The notes under the pieces are model-generated. The model worked only from the letters and a program-made list of their open reading frames with translations. It was not told the origin of the DNA and did not search any database. Position numbers and translations under genes: made by a program. Positions 36,952 through 44,596 of a DNA stretch of 64,000 nt are shown piece by piece (position 1 is the stretch's first letter; each line of letters starts with the position of its first letter). The DNA lies in assembly GCA_045546155.1 (NCBI GenBank), contig JAZQCG010000012.1:477-64476 (forward strand), given 5' to 3'. This DNA is from Candidatus Enterousia sp. (GTDB lineage Bacteria > Pseudomonadota > Alphaproteobacteria > Rs-D84).

Positions 36952-39855
36952 ATGAAAAAAATTGCAATTTTTTCTATGTTAATCGCGGGATTCATGATGT
37001 CTGCGGATGCGGCGACGCGTGGACGTACAACGCCGGCAACGGCATCGAATAGTGGTGCGGCTAAGCCAGTGGCGGCCCGTGCGGCGACTGGGGCACGTAC
37101 AGCACCACGTGCAGCGGCGCCGGCGGCATCAACGTCGAATACGGTTGTTCGTGGTCGTGCGGCGACTGTGGCGGCCAAGCCAGTGGTCGCAGCGCGTGCA
37201 GGTACAACGCAAAAAGTTATCAATTCTGGAACCAAGGTGTCGACAGCGGCAAAAAATGTTGTGGTTAGTGAAGAGTGTCGTGCAAAATTCGAAGGCTGTA
37301 TGGATGCATTCTGTATGCTGGATAATGAAACCGGCGGGCGTTGTATTTGCAGTGATAAAAATGCAGAATATGATTCTATTTTGGCTGAAATTGAAAAGCT
37401 GGATCAACAGTCCTATAAAATGGCGACCGTAGGGGTAGAACGTCTGGAAATGGGTGACGATGCCGAAGCGGCGATGAGTATGGCAAAGTCGGTTGCAGAT
37501 TCATTGGCAGAAGATGAAAAGAAGGAAGCATCGCGTGCACGTCGTACTTTGGACTTGTCAATGTGGGATACAAATGTTGACTTTGAAGAAGAAGTGGATG
37601 TTTTTGGTGCGGCGGCATCGGATGGTATCGAAGGAAAAGAAGGTGATGCGCTTTATGTTGCAGCGGCTAAGTTGTGTTCAGCGCAAATCCCAGAGTGTGC
37701 ATCTGAAATGACGTTAATGAAAACATTATATGGTCAAAAGATTCGTTCGGATTGTGCTGCGTATGAAAACAGTTTAAAGCAACAGAAAAATGCTAGTGCG
37801 CAAAAATTAGCAGCGGCAGAACAGGCGTTGCGTCAAACTGCGTTGGAACAGTATCGCAGTGCGAATAAATATGATTTAGGTCAATGTACAGTTCAGTTTA
37901 AGAAGTGCATGCAGACAACAGGTGGCTGTGGCGATGATTTTTCTGGATGTGCATCTGTGTCGGCGATGGATTCAACGAATTTGCGTAAAAGCACAACACG
38001 TGGCTCAAAGCCATATCAGATTAAGGGGACTGTAACCACTATTGAAATTTCTGCATCAACATATGATGCGTTGGTCGCAAAAAAGCCATTGTGTGAAAAT
38101 ATTACAAAATCCTGTGTTGCGGTTGCAGATCAGGTTTGGGATACTTTCCTGCGCGAAGTTGCACCCCAGGTAAAATCTGCAGAATTAATTGCCGAAGATA
38201 AAGCGCGTCAGGATTGTATTGGAAATATTTCATCGTGTTTCCAAAAGGCGTGTAAGGATACAATGGATCCAAATGACCCAGATGGTTCATATGATATGTG
38301 TTTGTCACGACCAGAAACAATGCTGAATTTGTGTAAAGTTCCGCTGAACGCGTGTGGTATTGATGCTTCGTCGGCGGCTGCGGCACAACAGTCACAGATT
38401 TGGGATTTCGTAACGGCAAGATTAGCATCAATGCGTGTCGATTCTTGCACGACAGAGGTAAAAGAGTGTCTGCAATCCCCAGACAGATGTGGTGAAGATT
38501 ATTCACAGTGCATCGGCTTGGATTTGTCTGATTTGCGTGCAATGTGTCCGTTGGAAAAACTGGTTGGTTGCCAGAAGGAAGTTGGTATGGATGAAGAATC
38601 TGGTAAAAAGACTTTTGCGGCATCATGGGACTACATAGACAGTGTTATCCAAGGAATTTGGTTGGGAATTGATAATTCTATGTTGGAACAATGCCAGAAT
38701 CTGGTTAATGAAAAAATGCTTGAAGTTTGTGGGGATACCTTGTCCTGTGAAGCGGCATTTGCATCAGATAAGGCGATTGGTACAGACAGCTTGACATCAT
38801 ATACGGATAAAAATGGTGACTTTGTAATTGATGGTTTGATTTCATTTGGTAATGTTCAAATAAACCGGATTACAGACGAAGAAAAAACACGTGATGAAAA
38901 CGTAAAATTTGGCACGTATGAGGTTGATATTGCGGGATACGCAGATCGTATTTCGGATGCGGATACAGTTGCTAAGTCGCGTGTTATTTCTGCTTTGCAG
39001 TCAACGGCGAACAAGATTAATCAAACAATTGCTGTGATTTCACAGGATTCAAAAATCAAGATGTGTGTCCAAGGGCGCGATATGTCCCAGGTACGTACAC
39101 GTGAAGATGCGCGTACAACATCAACGGCGCGTTATCCGCACTTGTTGGATTCTGCGATAATGGCGATTGTAGAATCTGGGATTGATCGTGCTAACAAGAA
39201 TTATACAGAAAAGTATAATGGTTTGGTTGAAAAAGCATTGGAAACAGCAGATGACCAGGTAAAATCTGTGCTGTGTGCGGCAATGGCTTCGTCCGAAGAA
39301 CCAAAGTGTGCTAATTGGCGTCCGGCAAATCTGATTGACAGAATTACTGGGGCCAGTGTTCAAGATGGTCGTGTTTGTACAGAATACGCCAGCAGTGTTT
39401 TTGATACAATCTTTCAAGAAGATTCAGGTGCAAAAACAGGTATGAACGATGCAGGATTGTTTGCAACGAAATATGTTATTTCGGGGGCCAAGTTGGCAGA
39501 TTTAGCATCTGTTCAACAATCGGGTCATTCGGAATATGTTCAAACGGATGATTATGGTAACATGCTGGGACGTATAGCGATGAATTCTTCGTATTCTGCG
39601 ACAAATAATACATGTACGTTGACAACGACGTCGACATTGTGTGAAGATGCGGCGGCGGTGGTAACAACAAACACATCAGAGGTTTGCGAATCAAATGGGT
39701 TTAGTTGGATTGGTGGAAATGGCTGTCGTGGTGGTGGTGGTATTTTCAGTGGTGGTAACAACAAGCACACAACCACATCTGTTCAGAATTATCATGGCAC
39801 AATGTGTGAAAAGTTCGCAGAACCAGTTGTAACCACAGAAGTTATAAAGATGTAA
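36952..39855 (+). CDS. Large Cys-rich secreted protein (967 aa), family member 1
   Basis: Signal peptide MKKIAIFSMLIAGFMMSADA, an Ala/Arg-rich N-region, and repeated Cx6C..CGxD[FY]xxC motifs (CTVQFKKCMQTTGGCGDDFSGC; CTTEVKECLQSPDRCGEDYSQC). Confidence 0.8.
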   Translation: MKKIAIFSMLIAGFMMSADAATRGRTTPATASNSGAAKPVAARAATGARTAPRAAAPAASTSNTVVRGRAATVAAKPVVAARAGTTQKVINSGTKVSTAAKNVVVSEECRAKFEGCMDAFCMLDNETGGRCICSDKNAEYDSILAEIEKLDQQSYKMATVGVERLEMGDDAEAAMSMAKSVADSLAEDEKKEASRARRTLDLSMWDTNVDFEEEVDVFGAAASDGIEGKEGDALYVAAAKLCSAQIPECASEMTLMKTLYGQKIRSDCAAYENSLKQQKNASAQKLAAAEQALRQTALEQYRSANKYDLGQCTVQFKKCMQTTGGCGDDFSGCASVSAMDSTNLRKSTTRGSKPYQIKGTVTTIEISASTYDALVAKKPLCENITKSCVAVADQVWDTFLREVAPQVKSAELIAEDKARQDCIGNISSCFQKACKDTMDPNDPDGSYDMCLSRPETMLNLCKVPLNACGIDASSAAAAQQSQIWDFVTARLASMRVDSCTTEVKECLQSPDRCGEDYSQCIGLDLSDLRAMCPLEKLVGCQKEVGMDEESGKKTFAASWDYIDSVIQGIWLGIDNSMLEQCQNLVNEKMLEVCGDTLSCEAAFASDKAIGTDSLTSYTDKNGDFVIDGLISFGNVQINRITDEEKTRDENVKFGTYEVDIAGYADRISDADTVAKSRVISALQSTANKINQTIAVISQDSKIKMCVQGRDMSQVRTREDARTTSTARYPHLLDSAIMAIVESGIDRANKNYTEKYNGLVEKALETADDQVKSVLCAAMASSEEPKCANWRPANLIDRITGASVQDGRVCTEYASSVFDTIFQEDSGAKTGMNDAGLFATKYVISGAKLADLASVQQSGHSEYVQTDDYGNMLGRIAMNSSYSATNNTCTLTTTSTLCEDAAAVVTTNTSEVCESNGFSWIGGNGCRGGGGIFSGGNNKHTTTSVQNYHGTMCEKFAEPVVTTEVIKM

Positions 39856-39860
39856 AATAT

Positions 39861-39884
39861 AATCCCCCGTTTGGGGGATTTTTA
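39861..39884 (+). terminator. Rho-independent terminator
   Basis: aatccccc-gttt-gggggattttt. Confidence 0.7.
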
Positions 39885-39908
39885 TATTTGGTATATGAAA
39901 ACTCTTTG

Positions 39909-39936
39909 TTGACATTATTTTATATTTGTCTATAAT
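39909..39936 (+). promoter_or_regulatory. Consensus sigma70 promoter placed for a leaderless transcript
   Basis: TTGACA-N16-TATAAT. The ATG at 39944 begins 8 nt after the last base of the -10, and there is no SD. Confidence 0.6.
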
Positions 39937-39943
39937 CCTGTCT

Positions 39944-40756
39944 ATGAAATATGATATAAGTCAGGCTCGTTTAGCATATGATTCATACACCGGGAATTAC
40001 GGTGCGGCGAATTTTGCACAATTTTCGCCGGCTTATGCGCAGACCAATGAAGATGTTCGTGAAATTTTTTGGACACTAGCACCAAAGCCAGGGATGCATG
40101 TTTTGACAGTTGCGGGCAGTGGTGACCAGGCCTTGCATTATAAAATGGCGGGCGCGGCGCATGTTGATACGTTTGATATTACATTTAATGCAAAAATGAT
40201 GATGGATATTAAAACGACGGCGATTCAGAAATTAAGTCGGGCGGATTATGTCGAATTAATTAATTCTGTGTCGCGTATACGTAATATCGCGGATATACCG
40301 CAGTATCAGAAAATTGCTGAATTTTTGCCAGAAGATACCTGTCAGTATATTCAAAATATGCGTGGTGCGCGTTTGGTTCGTGGTGGCTTGTATTTTGAAA
40401 CGCTTTATAATGATGAGTATGCAAAATTGCAGAAATTGATTACAAAGCCTTTTAATTTTATATGGACGGATTTGTCAGAATTATCAACACATTTAACCCA
40501 ACAATATGATCATATTTATTTATCTAATATTTTACAATATCGTCCTGAACCGGGGTATGTTACACCATTGGTTTTGAATTTGGTCCGCTTTTTAAAGCCC
40601 GGTGGTTTAATTGTGGTAAATGTTGCGCCGTTCTTTGTCGACCAAGATATTGAGGCTGTTAGACATTTGAAGCATCAGGTCGAAGCCCAAGGTATTGGCA
40701 GAGTAAAAATGATTCGTAATCACTTTTTTGATATGTGTGTTTTAGAAAAAAGATAG
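39944..40756 (+). CDS. DUF3419/BtaA-like SAM-dependent enzyme, paralog 2
   Basis: VLTVAGSGDQALHY..AHVDTFDI..IKTTAIQKL and YDHIYLSNILQ..GGLIVV parallel 36057-36809. The ORF-track TTG start at 39926 overlaps the -10 box, so ATG 39944 is preferred. Confidence 0.5.
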   Translation: MKYDISQARLAYDSYTGNYGAANFAQFSPAYAQTNEDVREIFWTLAPKPGMHVLTVAGSGDQALHYKMAGAAHVDTFDITFNAKMMMDIKTTAIQKLSRADYVELINSVSRIRNIADIPQYQKIAEFLPEDTCQYIQNMRGARLVRGGLYFETLYNDEYAKLQKLITKPFNFIWTDLSELSTHLTQQYDHIYLSNILQYRPEPGYVTPLVLNLVRFLKPGGLIVVNVAPFFVDQDIEAVRHLKHQVEAQGIGRVKMIRNHFFDMCVLEKR

Positions 40757-40821
40757 GTTAAAACCCATTTTTGTCTTTCTATTATAAAAAAAATGTGTTA
40801 AAATTGGTGGCAAGAGAGAAT

Positions 40822-42597
40822 ATGAAGCCAATTTATCGCATTTTGTTTTTTGTAATGTGCGTGTTGCCGGCTGTGGCTGGGGCAGCGCCTGTTGCCACGA
40901 CCGCAGGCAGTAATTTAACTGCGTATAACCCAAATTCAATGGGGTCGATTAATAATAATCAATGGAATTCTATGATGAACAGTCGTACGGGCTCGGATTC
41001 TGCACCGACGGCTGATTTTGGTAACTGTAATGCATTAATCATGCGATGTGCCCAGCCGAAGTGTGCATCGGGTGGATGTACGTCGATGGATGTAACGTTA
41101 CCGATTGTTAATGGATGTGTGAATTCTAATAACGCGTGTAAGCAATACGGTAATGATTTGGCGCAATCTATTGCGGCGCAAATCGTTGCGAATTCTAATG
41201 CAAAGGCCAGTCAGGCGGCCCAGGATGCTGCGGCAGCTGCGGCGGCCCAGTCCAGCCAGCAAATGGCCCAGTTGCAGCAAGAAATGAATATGCAGATGCA
41301 GCAAATGCAACAACAGATGCAGATGCAAAATCAACAGACTGTTTCGCAATTACAGGCCGCACTGGAAGAACAAAAACAGATTGCCGCTGCCGCCCAGCAA
41401 CAGGTGGCAGAAGCGCAGATTGCACAAAACGCAGCGCAATCATCTGGGTTAACGTTGGCCCAAGAAGATGCTGCATCACGTGGTATTGATTCAGATTTAA
41501 TTGTGCGCGAACAGGTAACAGGCCAGATTATGTCCAAGTTGGAAAATGCGGAAACCGCATTGAAAACGTTGCGTGACACGATGAAGGATGCGTTTGAATA
41601 TGCGGGCTGTGATTCCAAGGGAAATAATTGTAACAGTCCAAAACGTGTCAAGGTATTTAAGCAAAAGGCGATGGGATTCTTTGAACCGTATAACGATGTT
41701 TTGGATGAATTGTATGATGCCTTGATTACAGCCCAGGCGGTTGGTGTTGATATTACAGATATTTACATGATGCTTAATGGTTCGTGTAATGTTTGGGGTG
41801 AATATTTGTGTACTGGGGCGGTTGAGCTGAAAAAGGGCAATGAATCCACAGGTTTGTACGAGTGGCCAAGGTACGACAAAAGCAGTTGTCCAACCGATGG
41901 TGGAAAGTCTAAGGCATATGGTACGGTTATTGGTGGACATGAATGTTTTTATGGTGGTGTGATTCCGCCCGAAGACAGTCGTAATTGTACATTAAATCGT
42001 ACCTTTACAACGGCGGATGAACAGGATGATTTAAAGCGTGATTGGTTGGAAGGCGAGTCGGCTGATAATACAATTCGTATCGGTTGTGCATCCAGTGCGT
42101 TGGAAAATTCTGTGCTTTTCCGTAATCGTAAAAAGCAGGCTTCGATTGATATTGAAACACTGGAACGCATTATTGAACAAGATGCGCCGCAAACATTTGG
42201 ACGGAAATATGCCGGCAAAAAAACAACTCAGCCAGATCCAGATGGCGTGAAATATTGCGCGGTTGGTGTTGGTGGTGTAGAACGTCTGGAACAGGCGGTG
42301 GCGCTGAAAAAATTACCAAAGGGTGCAATTTGTATTGATGAAAATGATTTGATGAAGAAACTGGAAAATGATGACTATGTTGTTGCAGTCGCCAGTCAGG
42401 CAGAATCAGTTGGTGAATATGCTAAGGTGGATTGTGAACATAACGATTGGAAGGGCAAGCCGCGCTGCATATGTCAGGAAAGTGGTGGTAAATACTATAA
42501 CGATGGTACGTGTGCTTGTGGTGGTGATCTGGTTGAATCCGGTGGTAAATGTGTGCCAAAAAAGAACAGTGTTTCAGTGACTCTGGGGGGGGGGTGA
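40822..42597 (+). CDS. Cys-rich secreted protein with Gln-rich coiled segment, family member 2 (3' end interrupted at a G10 tract)
   Basis: Start at MKPIYRILFFVMCVLPAVAGA (ATG 40822). CNALIMRCAQPKCASGGC; the QQMAQLQQEMNMQMQQMQQQMQMQNQQ stretch; C-terminal CxC modules. Stops at TGA right after the G run. Confidence 0.75.
   Translation: MKPIYRILFFVMCVLPAVAGAAPVATTAGSNLTAYNPNSMGSINNNQWNSMMNSRTGSDSAPTADFGNCNALIMRCAQPKCASGGCTSMDVTLPIVNGCVNSNNACKQYGNDLAQSIAAQIVANSNAKASQAAQDAAAAAAAQSSQQMAQLQQEMNMQMQQMQQQMQMQNQQTVSQLQAALEEQKQIAAAAQQQVAEAQIAQNAAQSSGLTLAQEDAASRGIDSDLIVREQVTGQIMSKLENAETALKTLRDTMKDAFEYAGCDSKGNNCNSPKRVKVFKQKAMGFFEPYNDVLDELYDALITAQAVGVDITDIYMMLNGSCNVWGEYLCTGAVELKKGNESTGLYEWPRYDKSSCPTDGGKSKAYGTVIGGHECFYGGVIPPEDSRNCTLNRTFTTADEQDDLKRDWLEGESADNTIRIGCASSALENSVLFRNRKKQASIDIETLERIIEQDAPQTFGRKYAGKKTTQPDPDGVKYCAVGVGGVERLEQAVALKKLPKGAICIDENDLMKKLENDDYVVAVASQAESVGEYAKVDCEHNDWKGKPRCICQESGGKYYNDGTCACGGDLVESGGKCVPKKNSVSVTLGGG
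42585..42594 (+). repeat. Homopolymeric G10 tract (candidate slipped-strand switch)
   Basis: Counted directly: ctct-GGGGGGGGGG-tgattg. Confidence 0.9.
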
Positions 42598-42727
42598 TTG
42601 CAGCGCTGCTGGTGGTCATTATGAAAATATGCAGTGCAAATGTGGGGCGTTACCTCTTAATCCAATGACGCAAAAGTGTGAGAAGACTGCGTTTGGAGAA
42701 GTGGTTAAAAATAAATTTGGGAAATAA

Positions 42728-43462
42728 ATGAAAAAGCTGTTTGGTTTTTTATTGTGTGTTTCGGTCCTGGTGATTCCGGTGGTGTCGGGGGCGGCTGTGC
42801 TTAATGGGTGTGAAGACGAAAATAATGAGTTTATTACCCCTGAATTAGCACTGTGTTCGACACATGTGTTTAATATTCGTGGTGTAAAAAATCCAGATAA
42901 CGAAGCAGATCGGGGATATATGCGTGATGTTGTTGCGTTAAAAACAACTATTATGACCCAGCAAATGAATAAACAGTACGAATATCTGGAATCGATGATT
43001 CGTCGTTTCAAAACCCAGTTAGAAAAGGCTATATTGACAACGCGCCTGCAGGCATCGGGTGCGGGGGCGGATGAATCTTCGTCGTCGGGTGGTGGATCGT
43101 CGTCTTTTAAATCAAATGATCGAAGCATATTTATTTCTGGGGTTGAAAATTGCGATACTAAATTGTTGCCGTCGGATGTTTTGAGTTGTCTTAGCAGTAA
43201 TTTGACGACAATTTCCAATATGTCGATTAATGGCAGTGAAGTTACATCAGAGGTTCGTAAGCAATTTGGAAATGATTATAAGTTGCTGACACGGACGTAT
43301 GATGTAACTGACGCTAAATGTGCTACGACTAAAATTGATTGTACCAAGGATTCAGATCTAAGAAAAAAACAAAATTTCCAAGAGTGTATGGATAATGCGC
43401 GTTCATGTATTCGTGACAAGATGTACAAGTTGAATTTGGAAGAACAACGGAACAGAAAATAA
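42728..43462 (+). CDS. Secreted Cys-containing protein (244 aa), family-associated
   Basis: Signal peptide MKKLFGFLLCVSVLVIPVVSGA. The ATG abuts the TAA of the out-of-frame extension of the preceding gene. Confidence 0.65.
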   Translation: MKKLFGFLLCVSVLVIPVVSGAAVLNGCEDENNEFITPELALCSTHVFNIRGVKNPDNEADRGYMRDVVALKTTIMTQQMNKQYEYLESMIRRFKTQLEKAILTTRLQASGAGADESSSSGGGSSSFKSNDRSIFISGVENCDTKLLPSDVLSCLSSNLTTISNMSINGSEVTSEVRKQFGNDYKLLTRTYDVTDAKCATTKIDCTKDSDLRKKQNFQECMDNARSCIRDKMYKLNLEEQRNRK

Positions 43463-43490
43463 AAAAATCCCGCGTCTGCGGGATTTTTTT
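43461..43490. terminator. Bidirectional rho-independent terminator
   Basis: aaaaaaatcccgc-gtct-gcgggattttttt between convergent genes. Confidence 0.75.
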
Positions 43491-44481
43491 AATCGCTGAT
43501 TTCGTCTGGGGATTTTATGATTTGAATTCCCATCGATTCCCATGTTTTGCACAATGTATCAATATCCATTATGTTTTTAGCCCCCAGGTACAATGTCGGT
43601 ATTAATTTGCGTTCTGTGGCAATTTTTGTGACGCGTGCAATTGGGGATTCGATTTGTTTGCCGGTTGCAAACCAGAATTCGTCGTCGCATACCCAAAAGT
43701 CTTCATCGATGTGTGATACGATTGCGTGTTTGTCTGTGATGATAATGTCATCAATAATTTCGTATTGTTTGCCGGTTGAATCCAGATATTCTGATATTGG
43801 GTTGGATTGGGTGTTGTCTAGGGTGTCGTCAAATGTTATGTCTGTAAATGTTGGTGCAGGCATTTGGGTAAAATCGGGTGTCAAGAAATCAGAATCAGGG
43901 GTCGTTGGTTCGATATCAAAGTCTGATGGTAATGGGATGTCGTCCAATTCGGATTCGATTATCGGTGTTGCCATGTCGCTTATTGGTTGTGGGATTTGTG
44001 AAATTGGTTGATTAAATGCAGAACGCTGTTCGGGGGTGATGTTCATACGTGCCCGAATATATGCAGTGCGTAATTCAGACGGCAATTCGTCGGGTAATGC
44101 ATCCTGTTGTGGGGCAGATGTGGCGTTTGATTTTTTTTCTTCTGGGGTATCTGGGGCGGGGGGATTTATTAGTGTTGGTTGCATGTTTGCCCAAATCTTT
44201 TTTACAGGTTTTGGGACTGGGACGGTAACCAATGGCTTTTTTGTGCGTATGATTAATGTTGTTGTTGCGATGTACAATGGTAATGCCGCCAGCAGCAGTA
44301 TCCCAAATACAAAGCCCGGAAATCCGTTCAATTTGGCATGAAACAGGTAGCGCCAATATGCCCCGGAAAACATGTTGAAATTGAATAGAAACCTTAATAT
44401 TGCCCACATTGTGGCCGTATAGCACACGGTCCAAATTATGGCGTATTTGTGAGTCTTTAAAATTTCAAATATTTTTTTCAT
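43489..44481 (-). CDS. Membrane protein with Pro/Asp-rich linker and globular C-terminal domain, hypothetical
   Basis: Start set at MKKIFEILK. Two or three N-terminal TM helices, then a low-complexity PxP/acidic linker. Confidence 0.55.
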   Translation of the reverse strand: MKKIFEILKTHKYAIIWTVCYTATMWAILRFLFNFNMFSGAYWRYLFHAKLNGFPGFVFGILLLAALPLYIATTTLIIRTKKPLVTVPVPKPVKKIWANMQPTLINPPAPDTPEEKKSNATSAPQQDALPDELPSELRTAYIRARMNITPEQRSAFNQPISQIPQPISDMATPIIESELDDIPLPSDFDIEPTTPDSDFLTPDFTQMPAPTFTDITFDDTLDNTQSNPISEYLDSTGKQYEIIDDIIITDKHAIVSHIDEDFWVCDDEFWFATGKQIESPIARVTKIATERKLIPTLYLGAKNIMDIDTLCKTWESMGIQIIKSPDEISD

Positions 44482-44557
44482 CAAAAAGATTATAGACAAT
44501 CTGTGTAATTTGTCAAATATTTTTTGTCAAAAAGGGCTTTTTTTATAGCGCGTTTAA

Positions 44558-44566
44558 TGATATAAT
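44558..44566 (+). promoter_or_regulatory. Extended -10 promoter element (TGaTATAAT)
   Basis: tgatataat lies 31 nt upstream of ATG 44597. No clear -35. Confidence 0.4.
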
Positions 44567-44596
44567 TGAAAGGATAATATTAATGGGGGGACGGTT

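Noticed and set aside
36849-37432. ORFs 36849-37235 (minus) and 37007-37432 (plus) with Ala/Arg/Val-rich translations
   Set aside because: Both overlap the locally GC-rich Ala/Arg-coding 5' part of the 36952-39855 gene. Stop-codon depletion in GC-rich sequence explains them, and the 36952 frame has the signal peptide and continues for 967 aa.
42619-43218. 199-aa minus-strand ORF opposite 42728-43462
   Set aside because: It is antisense to a gene with a clear signal peptide and SD-less translational coupling. It has no SD or promoter of its own, and its sequence is low-complexity.
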